From a virus (taxonomy: Duplodnaviria > Caudoviricetes), in IMG/VR virus record IMGVR_UViG_3300028025_004186, positions 1,169 through 65,168 of that record: a stretch of 64,000 nt of DNA; one strand, given 5' to 3'. Of this stretch, positions 26,912 to 37,402 are shown piece after piece; within the stretch, counting starts at the first letter, position 1, and every line of letters begins with the position of its first letter. The notes beneath the pieces are model-generated. The model was not told where the DNA came from. It saw nothing but the letters and a program-made list of their open reading frames with translations, and did no database searches. The position numbers and the translations under genes were made by a program.

Positions 26912-27172
26912 ATGAACGATCGTATTTTTACATCAGAACAAAAAGCCAAGCTCACGCAGCTCATCAACGAAGGCATGCAGGTTATGCACGAAGTTGAAAC
27001 ACTCAACGGTGGACTTGCCGACACAGTCAAAGCCATTGCCGAAGAGTTGGAGATCAAACCAGCTGTGTTAAAGAAAGCAATTAAAATTGCACACAAAGCT
27101 GAGTTTGGTAAGGCACAACAAGACCATGAACTATTAGAAACTATTCTTACAACGGTTGGTAAAACACTTTGA
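26912..27172 (+). CDS. T4 DsbA-like dsDNA-binding protein (start moved to 26912)
   Basis: AAGGAGG RBS; helical pattern VKAIAEELEIKPAVLKKAIKIAHK; lies before the polymerase. Confidence 0.6.
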   Translation: MNDRIFTSEQKAKLTQLINEGMQVMHEVETLNGGLADTVKAIAEELEIKPAVLKKAIKIAHKAEFGKAQQDHELLETILTTVGKTL

Positions 27173-29835
27173 GTTACATTGATGCACTGTTTGATCGTGA
27201 ACACGATCGCATACATGTAGTGGAACGACGTGAGGGTATTCGTCAATATCAAGAGTATCCGGCCAACTATATTTTCTACTATGATGACCCTCGTGGAAAG
27301 TTCCAGAGTATCTATGGCACACCAGTGTCTAGATTCTCCACACGTAGCAACAAGGAGTTTCGCAAAGAACTACGTATACAAAACGGTAAACGATTCTATG
27401 AGTCTGATATCAATCCGGTGTTTCGTTGCCTAGAAGAAAACTACAAAGGGCATGACGCACCTCGATTACATGCAGCATTCTTTGACATCGAAGTAGACTT
27501 TGATCCTGAAAAAGGCTATTCAAAGCCCGACGATCCATTCAACCCTATCACAGCAATATCAGTGTATCTGAGCTGGTTAGATCAACTTGTGACATTGGCT
27601 ATCCCTCCGCGTCATATGAGCATTGAAACTGCTGAAGAACTTGTGGCAGACTTTGACAACACTTTCTTGTTTGACAACGAAGCAGAAATGTTGAAGATGT
27701 TTTTAGATCTCATTGACGACGCAGACGTGTTGAGTGGTTGGAACAGCGAGGGCTATGATATTCCTTATACCGTAAATCGTGTGATTAGAGTGCTCAGCAA
27801 GGATGACACACGCAAATTTTGTCTATGGGGACAATTGCCCAAACAGCGCACATTTGAACGTTTTGGCGCCGAAGCACAAACATATGACCTCATAGGCCGC
27901 GTACACATGGACTATATGCAATTGTATCGCAAGTACACATATGAAGAACGTCACAGTTATAGCTTGGATGCCATTGGTGAGTACGAAGAGGTTGGTGGCA
28001 AGACAGCATTTGAAGGTACACTAGATCAACTCTACAATCAAAACTTTAAACTGTTTATTGACTACAACAGACAAGACGTTGCGTTGCTGGCCAAACTAGA
28101 CAAGAAACTCAAGTTCTTGGATCTTGCTAACACACTGGCACATGAAAATACTGTGTTGCTGCAGACCACCATGGGTGCTGTGGCAGTGACTGAACAAGCA
28201 ATTATTAACGAAGCCCATGAACGTGGATTGGTAGTGCCTAACCGTAGAGAAAGACTCACAGATGAAGACACACAAGCCGCAGGTGCCTATGTTGCTTATC
28301 CCAAAAAAGGTCTCCACGACTGGATTGGATCAATTGACATCAACTCGCTTTATCCCTCGGCGATCCGTGCTCTTAACATGGCCGCCGAAACAATTGTTGG
28401 TCAACTCCGACCAACAATGACTGACAGGTATATTGCAGACAAAATGCAAAGTGGCTCAAGTTTTGCTGCTGCGTGGGAAGGTTTGTTTGGCAGTTTAGAA
28501 TACACGGCTGTGATGGAACAACAACGTGGCACTGAAATTACCATTGACTGGGAAGACGGTGAAGAAACTGTGTACTCAGCAGCTGAAATTTGGCGGATGA
28601 TCTTTGACAGTAACCAACCTTGGATACTGTCGGCCAATGGTACTATTTTTACTTACGAACGCGAAGGTGTGGTTCCAGGCTTGCTCAAACGTTGGTATGC
28701 TGAACGTAAAGACATGCAGAAGAAAGCAAGAGAATATGAAGGAACAGATGACGTACAATTTGAATACTGGGACAAACGACAGTTGGTCAAGAAGATTAAT
28801 CTCAATAGTTTGTATGGTGCTATTCTTAATCCTGGCTGTAGGTTTTTTGATAAACGAATTGGTCAATCAACCACACTTACTGGAAGAGCCGTGGCCAAGC
28901 ATATGGACGCTTACGTCAACGAGTGTCTCACAGGAAAATATGATCACACAGGTGAAACTATCATCTACGGTGACACAGACTCATGTTACTTTTCAGCTTG
29001 GCCAGTACTGAAGCGAGAAGTAGAAGAAGGTCGTATGATCTGGAACAAAGATGTCTGTGTGCAGCTATATGATGGCATTGCTGATCAAGTCAATGATAGT
29101 TTTCCGGGGTTCATGGAACAGGCATTTCACATACCCCGAGACATGGGTGCAGTGATACGTGGCGGTCGAGAACTTGTGGCATCCAAAGGTTTGTTTATCA
29201 CAAAGAAACGTTATGCTGTGCTATATTATGACAAAGAAAACAAACGCACAGATGTCAACGGCAAACCTGGCAAAGTCAAGGCCATGGGCTTGGATCTCAA
29301 GCGTAGTGATACACCCAAAGTGATTCAAGACTTTTTGTCGGATGTTTTAAACGATGTGTTGACTGGTGCTGAGAAAGACGCTGTGATTGAAAAAATCAAA
29401 GAGTTCAAATATGTGTTCAAAGAACGTCCAGGTTGGGAGAAAGGTACTCCCAAACGTGTAAACAATCTCACCAAGTTTGTCAAGGCCGAAGAGCGCGAAG
29501 GTAAAACCAACATGCCCGGACATGTACGTGCTGCAATGAATTGGAATACCATGCGACGTATGCACTCGGACAACTACAGCATAGCCATTGTTGATGGCAT
29601 GAAAACTATTGTGTGCAAACTTAGAAGCAATGCCCTGGGATGGACATCAATTGGCTATCCCACTGATGAGTTGCATTTGCCTGCATGGTTCAAAGAGTTA
29701 CCGTTTGATGACAGTGAAATGGAATCAACAGTAATTGATGCCAAGATTGATAACTTGTTGGGTGTACTTGATTGGGAATTAGCAGCCGCAACAAACACAG
29801 AAAATACATTCCAAAGCCTATTTGAATTTTCATGA
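27169..29835 (+). CDS. polB: family B DNA polymerase with 3'-5' exonuclease
   Basis: FFDIE, GWNSEGYD, YSLD, DINSLYPS, KINLNSLYG, YGDTDS, KKRY. Confidence 0.95.
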   Translation: MSYIDALFDREHDRIHVVERREGIRQYQEYPANYIFYYDDPRGKFQSIYGTPVSRFSTRSNKEFRKELRIQNGKRFYESDINPVFRCLEENYKGHDAPRLHAAFFDIEVDFDPEKGYSKPDDPFNPITAISVYLSWLDQLVTLAIPPRHMSIETAEELVADFDNTFLFDNEAEMLKMFLDLIDDADVLSGWNSEGYDIPYTVNRVIRVLSKDDTRKFCLWGQLPKQRTFERFGAEAQTYDLIGRVHMDYMQLYRKYTYEERHSYSLDAIGEYEEVGGKTAFEGTLDQLYNQNFKLFIDYNRQDVALLAKLDKKLKFLDLANTLAHENTVLLQTTMGAVAVTEQAIINEAHERGLVVPNRRERLTDEDTQAAGAYVAYPKKGLHDWIGSIDINSLYPSAIRALNMAAETIVGQLRPTMTDRYIADKMQSGSSFAAAWEGLFGSLEYTAVMEQQRGTEITIDWEDGEETVYSAAEIWRMIFDSNQPWILSANGTIFTYEREGVVPGLLKRWYAERKDMQKKAREYEGTDDVQFEYWDKRQLVKKINLNSLYGAILNPGCRFFDKRIGQSTTLTGRAVAKHMDAYVNECLTGKYDHTGETIIYGDTDSCYFSAWPVLKREVEEGRMIWNKDVCVQLYDGIADQVNDSFPGFMEQAFHIPRDMGAVIRGGRELVASKGLFITKKRYAVLYYDKENKRTDVNGKPGKVKAMGLDLKRSDTPKVIQDFLSDVLNDVLTGAEKDAVIEKIKEFKYVFKERPGWEKGTPKRVNNLTKFVKAEEREGKTNMPGHVRAAMNWNTMRRMHSDNYSIAIVDGMKTIVCKLRSNALGWTSIGYPTDELHLPAWFKELPFDDSEMESTVIDAKIDNLLGVLDWELAAATNTENTFQSLFEFS

Positions 29836-30779
29836 AACTCAGTGACGTCGTTCGTTATAAAAACACCATAGATCAATTGCAAAGTGATCAGAGTTATCGT
29901 CGCGAAGTTGACTTTCGTCTTGATGATCTTATGCGAGCAGTTCGCACTGAAGTCAATATCCGCAATAAGTTTGAACTTGATGTTCAACACACCGTTGATA
30001 CTGTTTATTCTTCGCTGCAAAAGCTAGAAGAAGAAATGCTTAATGTCGCCCGAGGCGTTGATGCGTTGATAGAAGAAATACAACCTCAGTATTTTGAACA
30101 AAGTTATAGATGGTATACCAATGAGATGGTGCACGAAACTGCACAGTATATTTTAGATCGAAAATTAATTATCAAACCAGAAGAGTACGAAGTTTTATCA
30201 GCTAGGATAAAAACCTGGGCCGATTGGAAATATCCTGTGTTATGTATTAGACCAGGCACGGAAGAATTTGTCAATCATTTGGTAGCCGGCAGTCCTCTAT
30301 ACATTGTTGATCAATTCCACGAACTGCTAACGCCAACGCTGGAAAGATTCAATGAAAAGTACCGCCGCCACATAAGACCTTATGTATTCAAAGAAAAAGA
30401 AACTGAACCTATATTTCCCTTCTTACCAGATAATCAATTTGGATTAGTATTTGCCTATAACTTTTTTAATTTTAGGCCACTGGAGTCTATCAAGCATCAC
30501 CTTGCTGAAATTTTTAAAAAACTTAGACCTGGTGGTGTGATTATTTTTACCATAAACAATTGCGACAATGCACACCCAGTGGCTCTAGCTGAAAAAAATT
30601 ACAATTGTTATACCCCTGGTGGAATGATCATAAATCTTGCAAAACTTCTGGGCTACGAACATCGGTACACATTTGATGCCCTGGATCATTTTTGTTGGAT
30701 TGAACTTGCCAAACCCGGAGAACTTACTACCTTGCGTGGTGGTCAAAGTCTTGCAAAAATTGTACCAAAACAGTTGTAA
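29832..30779 (+). CDS. methyltransferase-fold protein with N-terminal coiled coil
   Basis: LPDNQFGLVFAYNFF, LRPGG. Confidence 0.55.
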   Translation: MKLSDVVRYKNTIDQLQSDQSYRREVDFRLDDLMRAVRTEVNIRNKFELDVQHTVDTVYSSLQKLEEEMLNVARGVDALIEEIQPQYFEQSYRWYTNEMVHETAQYILDRKLIIKPEEYEVLSARIKTWADWKYPVLCIRPGTEEFVNHLVAGSPLYIVDQFHELLTPTLERFNEKYRRHIRPYVFKEKETEPIFPFLPDNQFGLVFAYNFFNFRPLESIKHHLAEIFKKLRPGGVIIFTINNCDNAHPVALAEKNYNCYTPGGMIINLAKLLGYEHRYTFDALDHFCWIELAKPGELTTLRGGQSLAKIVPKQL

Positions 30780-30802
30780 AATCTAAATACCCCTGTTACA
30801 AT
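30774..30802 (+). promoter_or_regulatory. sigma70-type promoter with TAAATA box inside the spacer
   Basis: TTGTAA-17nt-TACAAT; CTAAATA in spacer. Confidence 0.55.
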
Positions 30803-30824
30803 AACACATCACATTGGAGAACCT

Positions 30825-31550
30825 ATGAGAGATAATCTGTTGGATTTAGTAGAACACACTTTTGATCTTGGTTGTATTGACCTGATCAAAATCACAGGCA
30901 CTGACAAAGAAACTTTGGTTTCAGGCCTTGACGACAAAGAACGTAAAGTAGTAATTGAAGCACGATTTGCCAATCCTGCTGCAGAATTTATTGGAACGTT
31001 TGGCATGCCTAATCTCAATAAACTAAAAATTCTTTTGAACTTACAAGAATATCGTGAGAATGCCAAGCTGTCTATCACAAAGAAAAGCACAGGCGAGCCC
31101 GATGGTATTGCATTTGAAAACGCCACTGGTGACTTTAAAAACAGTTATCGCTTTATGAGCAGCGAGATTGTTTCGGACAAACTAAAGGCAGTGACGTTCA
31201 AAGAGCCCAAGTGGCACATTGAGTTTGAGCCAACTGTTGCCGGTATTCAGCGATTGAAGATGCAGGCACAGGCCAATGCCGAGGAAACATTGTTCCAGGC
31301 CAAAACTGAAGGCACAGACTTGAAGTTCTTCTTTGGTGATCATTCAACTCACGCTGGTAACTTTGTGTTTCAACCAAACGTCACTGGACAGCTCAAACGT
31401 GCCTGGGCTTGGCCAGTGGCTACTTTTATTTCAATTATGAATCTCAGTGGTGACAAGAAAATCAAGATCAGTGATGATGGCGCAGCGGAGATTACTGTGG
31501 ATTCAGGATTGGCTGTGTATCGTTACATTCTTCCAGCACACACAAAATGA
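30825..31550 (+). CDS. putative DNA polymerase sliding clamp (gp45/PCNA-like)
   Basis: About 240 aa, two-domain alpha/beta pattern, ends YRYILPA, near PolB. Confidence 0.55.
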   Translation: MRDNLLDLVEHTFDLGCIDLIKITGTDKETLVSGLDDKERKVVIEARFANPAAEFIGTFGMPNLNKLKILLNLQEYRENAKLSITKKSTGEPDGIAFENATGDFKNSYRFMSSEIVSDKLKAVTFKEPKWHIEFEPTVAGIQRLKMQAQANAEETLFQAKTEGTDLKFFFGDHSTHAGNFVFQPNVTGQLKRAWAWPVATFISIMNLSGDKKIKISDDGAAEITVDSGLAVYRYILPAHTK

Positions 31551-31924
31551 TCAAGGGCATCTATCAGTCCGGCAAGTATGTCACTGTGGCGGGCGGAACA
31601 GCGACTAGTCTCAATGTCTATTATACCAACGCTGCGCCGCAGAGCAGTGGTGCACATGGAGTTGCCGGACAGGTTCGCTACAGTACCATAGGTCAATGCC
31701 TGGAAATTTTTAATGGCAACAGCTGGCAAACGTGGTACCCCAGTACCGCTACCGTGGGTCTCACAACCGACGCCGAAGAGATTATTGACTGGGCCAAGAA
31801 TAAAATGCAACAAGAACAACGGCTCCTGGCACTGATGGAGCAGCATCCAGGTCTTAAAGACTTGCATGAAAAACTAGAAATTATGAAAGCACTGGTCACC
31901 AAGGAGACACAAGATGCCAATTAG
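31547..31924 (+). CDS. hypothetical phage protein
   Basis: Coupled ORF. Confidence 0.6.
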   Translation: MIKGIYQSGKYVTVAGGTATSLNVYYTNAAPQSSGAHGVAGQVRYSTIGQCLEIFNGNSWQTWYPSTATVGLTTDAEEIIDWAKNKMQQEQRLLALMEQHPGLKDLHEKLEIMKALVTKETQDAN

Positions 31925-32720
31925 AATTTTAATCATGGGACTACCTGGGTCAGGTAAGACTTTTATGGCTCGGGCTTTACAACAACTGCTCAGTAGTTTT
32001 CAGCACGAAGGACATGGCATCTCTGTAGAATGGTTTAATGCCGATGACGTGAGAAAAAAATTCAATGACTGGGATTTCAGTGAAGCTGGGCGTATCCGCC
32101 AAAGTCACAGGATGCGCGAATTAGCCGATGCCAGTGATGCTGACTACGTAATTGTGGACTTTGTGGCGCCTTTACCAGAGCAACGGCACAATTTCAAAGC
32201 CGATTGGACCATTTGGATAGACACTATTCGTGAAGGTCGTTACGCTGATACCAATGCTATGTTTGCTGAACCAGATGTGTATGATTTTCGCATCACTGAA
32301 CAGAATGCTGAAAAGTGGGCAGAATTTATTGCCGAGCACATTTTAGATAATCGGCGTCGTCCTACTTTTGACTGGCAGCGAGAAACTGTGCAAATGTTGG
32401 GTCGCTGGCAACCTTGGCACGATGGTCATAGAGCTTTGTTCGAAAGAGCTATTGCCAAGACAGGTCAAGTGTGTATAATGATTAGAGATTGCCAGGGATG
32501 GCAAGGATCAAATCCTTTTGAAATTGACAAAGTTAAAAGTTTTATACAGAGAGACTTAGATCCTATATACCAAGGCCAGTATGAAATTCAAGTTGTACCA
32601 AACATTGTAAACATCACTTATGGTAGAGATGTTGGATATAAAATTGAACAAGAAACGTTTGATGATCAAATATCTTCTATCAGTGCAACAAACATAAGAA
32701 AACAATTAGGTATTCAATGA
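31914..32720 (+). CDS. cysC: adenylylsulfate-kinase-like P-loop domain fused to cytidylyltransferase-like domain
   Basis: GLPGSGKT, NADDVR, DWDFSEAGR; GRWQPWHDGH; ISATNIR. Confidence 0.75.
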   Translation: MPIRILIMGLPGSGKTFMARALQQLLSSFQHEGHGISVEWFNADDVRKKFNDWDFSEAGRIRQSHRMRELADASDADYVIVDFVAPLPEQRHNFKADWTIWIDTIREGRYADTNAMFAEPDVYDFRITEQNAEKWAEFIAEHILDNRRRPTFDWQRETVQMLGRWQPWHDGHRALFERAIAKTGQVCIMIRDCQGWQGSNPFEIDKVKSFIQRDLDPIYQGQYEIQVVPNIVNITYGRDVGYKIEQETFDDQISSISATNIRKQLGIQ

Positions 32721-34249
32721 CTGAACAGCATGACTTAACAGCAGCACAGCATGATTATGCTGTGTTTCTTCCTGCAGTATCAAGTTTCTACAGTACGTAT
32801 GTTGGACGTCAACGGTTTGAACCCTATGTTGATGCTACACGCATGCCTGCTAAATTACCAGACATGGAAATGCTGAACATTTTCAATGACCAAGCAGGAT
32901 TGTTTCCGTATTGTTGGGCATTGTATTCAGCAGGACATGCCAATTTAGATTTAACCAAACACGATCCTCGAGAAGATATGATGCGTAATCGGGGCAAACA
33001 CACAACCTTGCTATGCGACTCTGGCGGATTCCAGATTGCCAAAGGGGTATGGGAAGGCGACTGGAAAGACCCCAAGTGTCCTCGAGCACAAAAGAAACGT
33101 GACGCTGCTTTGAAGTGGTTAGATGGTATGGCCGACTATGGCATGACACTGGATATTCCCACATGGACCGCCAACGTTCCTGGTGCCACTGAGAAAACTG
33201 GTATTAGGGATTATGATGATGCTGTGCGAGCTACACACTACAACAACGAATACTTTATCAAGCATCGGCGTGGGGTTGACCAAGGTGGCACAAAGTTCTT
33301 GAATGTTTTGCAAGGTGCCAATCACGGTGAAGCTGATGGTTGGTATGACTTAATGAAACAGTATTGCGATCCCAAACAATATCCCGGACGTCATTTTAAT
33401 GGCTGGGGCATGGGTGGTCAGAATATGTGTGACGCACATCTTGTGATGCGCAGAATTGTCACATTGATACATGATGGCCTACTGGAGCAGGGTACGCATG
33501 ACTGGATGCACTTCCTGGGCACATCAAGACTGGAATGGGCATTGCTGTTGACTGACATCATGCGAGCAGTACGCCGCTATCACAATCCTGACTTTACCAT
33601 CAGTTTTGACTGTGCGTCACCATTTCTGGCCACTGCCAATGGACAGTTGTATCACAGCATTGGAATAGAAGATCGTGGACGTTTCAACTACTTCATGGAA
33701 CCCACAGCAGACAACAAGAAGTATGCCACAGACTCACGCAGTTTCCGTGATGCAGTGATGCAGGATGGTATTCACAAACAGTTTGAAGATTCACCTATCA
33801 GCGCACGCCTAAAGATATCAGATATCTGTGTGTACAAACCCGGCGACCTAAATAAGATTGGCAAGGAAGGCAAAACATCCTGGGATAGTTTCTCCTATGC
33901 ATTGTTGATGGGGCATAATGTTTGGATGCATCTTGAATCAGTGCAACGTGCCAATCGTGCATATGACTCAGGTATTGTGCCCAGTATGTTACTACAAGAA
34001 TCATTTGATCGCATAAAAGTCCGAGACATTGTTGATGAGGTTTTTGCCAAAAAAGACCGCCAACAAAGTTTGGCATTGGTTGATCATCACAAGAAACTCT
34101 GGGAACAGATAATTGGTACTCGAGGACACACCGGAAAACGGGCAAACAATGCCCATACTATGTTTAACAGCCTTTTCTCAATAGAAGAAAAGGATTCAGA
34201 AGGAGATTTGGATGAATCAAGACTTGACCAACTTGAACAACAGCATTAA
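32717..34249 (+). CDS. dpdA: tRNA-guanine transglycosylase-like (DpdA family) 7-deazaguanine insertase
   Basis: DSGGFQ, LDIP, LNVLQG, HFLG, SFDCASPF; same cluster as folE/queD/queE. Confidence 0.75.
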   Translation: MTEQHDLTAAQHDYAVFLPAVSSFYSTYVGRQRFEPYVDATRMPAKLPDMEMLNIFNDQAGLFPYCWALYSAGHANLDLTKHDPREDMMRNRGKHTTLLCDSGGFQIAKGVWEGDWKDPKCPRAQKKRDAALKWLDGMADYGMTLDIPTWTANVPGATEKTGIRDYDDAVRATHYNNEYFIKHRRGVDQGGTKFLNVLQGANHGEADGWYDLMKQYCDPKQYPGRHFNGWGMGGQNMCDAHLVMRRIVTLIHDGLLEQGTHDWMHFLGTSRLEWALLLTDIMRAVRRYHNPDFTISFDCASPFLATANGQLYHSIGIEDRGRFNYFMEPTADNKKYATDSRSFRDAVMQDGIHKQFEDSPISARLKISDICVYKPGDLNKIGKEGKTSWDSFSYALLMGHNVWMHLESVQRANRAYDSGIVPSMLLQESFDRIKVRDIVDEVFAKKDRQQSLALVDHHKKLWEQIIGTRGHTGKRANNAHTMFNSLFSIEEKDSEGDLDESRLDQLEQQH

Positions 34250-34418
34250 TATAGAAGAACTCAGCATTGAAGAACTTGAACGAGAACATCACAGATTGGA
34301 AAAACAACTAGGCAAATTGGAAAAACATCCCATTGCCGATCATGATCGAATACGCGATATCAAAAAACTCAAACTACAACTCAAAGATCACATCGAAGAA
34401 CTAAAACGTCAGCCATGA
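34212..34418 (+). CDS. DUF465/YdcH-like small coiled-coil protein
   Basis: EHHRLEKQL..IKKLKLQLKDHI. Confidence 0.6.
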   Translation: MNQDLTNLNNSINIEELSIEELEREHHRLEKQLGKLEKHPIADHDRIRDIKKLKLQLKDHIEELKRQP

Positions 34419-35659
34419 CTGCCACTGTTGAAACTGTAAAGAATCAAATCCCCGAAGTGCCACCCCGTCGTTTTTGTGTGGCACCATTCATCAGTACCAT
34501 GCAAACTACTATTGGTAAAACCAGTCCCTGTGCGTATGGTATAACTGAATGGCAGTTTGGAGAGTTGACTCCCAAACAACGTTGGACCAGTACTGAACTA
34601 AATCAGTTTAGATTAGATTTCTTACAAGGAACTCCACCTGAACCTTGTAGCAAATGTTTTGATGAAGAAACAGCAGGCAAACAAAGTCTACGGCAACGTA
34701 TGCTTGAATGGTATCCGCAGGCCTATGAAGAACTGATATTGAGCGGGCAATGGGAACATGGCCCTCAACATATCAGCAGCAAAGTCAGCAATGTCTGCAA
34801 CCTTGCCTGTAGAAGCTGCGGTGGCTATGACAGCAACACCTATCATCGTGAAGGTGTGCATTATACTGAAAAATATAAAACCATAAACTTTGTTGGTGAA
34901 CCCGGCAATAGATTTGTCGCAAGGTTCTCGGCCAAGCACACTGATTATTCAGGCTTCCGTGACATTGACGCCAACATCACTAAATTAGAATTCTACGGTG
35001 GGGAACCACTGCTTAACTTATCGCATCTTGACTTGCTGGAACATCTAGTCAACACAGGCCGTAGTAAAAATATCACGCTGTTCTATAGCACCAACTGTAC
35101 ACAGCCCATCAACAATCGTCATCGCAAGGTCTGGGATAAGTTCAAACGAGTTGAATTTAGTTTGAGTATTGATCACATTGGTGATAAGTTTCATTACCTA
35201 CGCTGGCCTGGCAATTGGGATGAAGTACAAACCAATGTTGATAGCCTGTTGGCATTGCGCAACACGTTAGATGCCGAAGTCACACATGTGGTATCACCAT
35301 GCTGCACCATGCTCAATGTCTACTACATTGATGAGATTTTGGATTGGGCACAGAGTTATGTGGGTGCTAGTTATATCAACATGGTGGCGAATCCATCCTA
35401 TTTGTCTGTACATATTGCTCCAGATCATGTAAAATCCGCTATACTGGATCAAATAAAAGCACCTGAGGTTCGAGGATTTTTACAACTCAAACCGCACAAC
35501 AAGATTGATTGGCGACAATTTATTATATGGACCAAACGTCAAGACCTATATAGACAACAAGACTTTACTAAAACTTTTCCCGAATTTTATCAACTGTTCA
35601 AATCTGACTGGGATAGCATAACTGACCTTTCAGAAGAGAACTTCTTATGTGAGAGTTAA
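34415..35659 (+). CDS. radical SAM protein with twitch/SPASM-like domain
   Basis: CVAPF, CSKCFDEE..SLRQ, CNLACRSC, GGEP. Confidence 0.85.
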   Translation: MTATVETVKNQIPEVPPRRFCVAPFISTMQTTIGKTSPCAYGITEWQFGELTPKQRWTSTELNQFRLDFLQGTPPEPCSKCFDEETAGKQSLRQRMLEWYPQAYEELILSGQWEHGPQHISSKVSNVCNLACRSCGGYDSNTYHREGVHYTEKYKTINFVGEPGNRFVARFSAKHTDYSGFRDIDANITKLEFYGGEPLLNLSHLDLLEHLVNTGRSKNITLFYSTNCTQPINNRHRKVWDKFKRVEFSLSIDHIGDKFHYLRWPGNWDEVQTNVDSLLALRNTLDAEVTHVVSPCCTMLNVYYIDEILDWAQSYVGASYINMVANPSYLSVHIAPDHVKSAILDQIKAPEVRGFLQLKPHNKIDWRQFIIWTKRQDLYRQQDFTKTFPEFYQLFKSDWDSITDLSEENFLCES

Positions 35660-36169
35660 ATGGAACGAGCCGGGCACAAAAATGTCACTATTTTTACTGG
35701 TATAGAAGTTGAACAAACTGCACAATACAAACAGCCAACTGTGTTTGTAGTGGGCGTACAAAACATCAACGAGATTGAAAGACGTGCTGAAAGTTTTGGT
35801 GCTCGTCATATCTACCTTGGTGCCAATCACAGCTTTCCACGCGATGCCAGTGCCGAAAACTGGAGTTACTTTGAAGGCATGGCCAAATACTTTCTCAAGA
35901 AGGATTATTGGGTCACCTTGGATCTTGACATTGCTGAAGTGGAAGGCCTATTGGAATCCGCACTGCCTGAGTATCGCAGATTCATTCCCATGATTTCAGC
36001 CAAGTTACCCTATATCAATCAACTGGGGTACAATGCTGTGTTGAAAATAGATGACACGGACTTTGATCACAGTAATTTTGGCGTGTGGTGTCACAGACTA
36101 CACGATTTACAATCAGCGTCAACCTTTACTGGATGGGACGCCTACAAAGACGACGAGGTATGGCAATGA
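35660..36169 (+). CDS. hypothetical protein in dpd cluster
   Basis: HIYLGANHSF, KIDDTDF..NFGVWCH. Confidence 0.65.
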   Translation: MERAGHKNVTIFTGIEVEQTAQYKQPTVFVVGVQNINEIERRAESFGARHIYLGANHSFPRDASAENWSYFEGMAKYFLKKDYWVTLDLDIAEVEGLLESALPEYRRFIPMISAKLPYINQLGYNAVLKIDDTDFDHSNFGVWCHRLHDLQSASTFTGWDAYKDDEVWQ

Positions 36170-36477
36170 AATGGTTTGATCGGTGGTTCGTACGCAAAAG
36201 CAAATGGGCATGGCAAAACAAGCATTTTGCTGATGGTGCATATTCATCAGATGCTATATCATCCAACCGGGTACGGGATATAGAAGAAGACCCACACGAG
36301 CTCAATGATGGCTTGCGTATCAATCTAAAAAAAGTCATAGGTGGATCACTAGTGACATTTAGGACCTATGATAGAAAATTAGATCGCAATGAAAACAAGA
36401 CCTATATAATCACATCTGAACAAGATTTCAATGTAGAACTTGCCAAGATCATCACAATGGAAAGCCTAAGGCAATGA
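36166..36477 (+). CDS. hypothetical protein (start moved to 36166)
   Basis: ATGA coupling. Confidence 0.6.
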   Translation: MKWFDRWFVRKSKWAWQNKHFADGAYSSDAISSNRVRDIEEDPHELNDGLRINLKKVIGGSLVTFRTYDRKLDRNENKTYIITSEQDFNVELAKIITMESLRQ

Positions 36478-36950
36478 CCGTAGAAGCTGACGATCGTGTG
36501 TATCAACTGACACCGTTGAATGCCAACAGTATCAAGATAACCTACACCATTGTCAAAGTCAAAGGCGTCACTGAAAAGATTGCCCGGATTGATGAATGGT
36601 ATCGTTGGGGTCGTGGGCGAGTTCCTGTGGCAGATCGAATTAATGTTGACGATAGTTATATCAAATGCAACGTTGAATTAGGGTGTGAACTTGATGATTG
36701 TGTTTCGGTAAGTTACAATTACGGTGGTGATGGATGGACTGACAAAGATCGTCACCGAATTCAAAAGGACTATGTACGTGGTGGTATAGAAAAGATACAA
36801 GAGAACGACTCAGATTGGCATGTAAAAGAGTCGGCTCTTTATATTAATGCACCGTTTCAGGTTGATCTTATACCAAAACCTATGTATAATGATGTTATTC
36901 GTAGTCATGTCAGAGCACCAAAAAAGTTATTAAAACAGGAGAAGTTATGA
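36474..36950 (+). CDS. hypothetical protein
   Basis: Coupled ORF. Confidence 0.6.
   Translation: MTVEADDRVYQLTPLNANSIKITYTIVKVKGVTEKIARIDEWYRWGRGRVPVADRINVDDSYIKCNVELGCELDDCVSVSYNYGGDGWTDKDRHRIQKDYVRGGIEKIQENDSDWHVKESALYINAPFQVDLIPKPMYNDVIRSHVRAPKKLLKQEKL
36862..36890 (+). promoter_or_regulatory. internal sigma70-type promoter for dpdL-like gene
   Basis: TTGATC-17nt-TATAAT. Confidence 0.6.
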
Positions 36951-37393
36951 ATCAAGAACTACGTGATCAAGCCGACCGTATCATGGCAGCAGCCAAACGC
37001 CAAATTTGGGTCACGTTCCGTCGGGAAGGCATTCATCGTTATCCAGATGCAGCCTTAAATCCCGCACTGGCCACCGGAGACCAATATGATGTTTCGTTCC
37101 TTGCTAATTCTCATAGGCATATTTTCCATTTTCGTGTCGGTATTGATGTTTATCATAACGACCGCGACATTGAGTTCATCCAGTTCAAACGTTGGTTGGA
37201 TGCGTTGTATTCCACTGACGCAGTTCTGTCGTTAGATTATAAATCATGCGAGATGATTGCCGATGACCTATATATTCAAATAGCCAGTCGTTATCCTGAA
37301 CGTTCAGTGACTATTGAAGTCAGTGAGGATGGCGAGAACGGCTGTGTCATAGAATACCCCACCCATAAACCTTATCAATCAATCAAAATCTAA
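36947..37393 (+). CDS. dpdL: QueD paralogue, DpdL-like (putative CDG decarboxylase)
   Basis: T-fold with LANSHRHIF (LxxxHRHxF), DRDIEF, SCEMIA, EDGENG. Confidence 0.7.
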   Translation: MNQELRDQADRIMAAAKRQIWVTFRREGIHRYPDAALNPALATGDQYDVSFLANSHRHIFHFRVGIDVYHNDRDIEFIQFKRWLDALYSTDAVLSLDYKSCEMIADDLYIQIASRYPERSVTIEVSEDGENGCVIEYPTHKPYQSIKI

Positions 37394-37402
37394 GGAGCTA
37401 CC

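Noticed and set aside
27169-29835. Intein or intron in PolB
   Set aside because: Continuous 888-aa frame with normally spaced motifs
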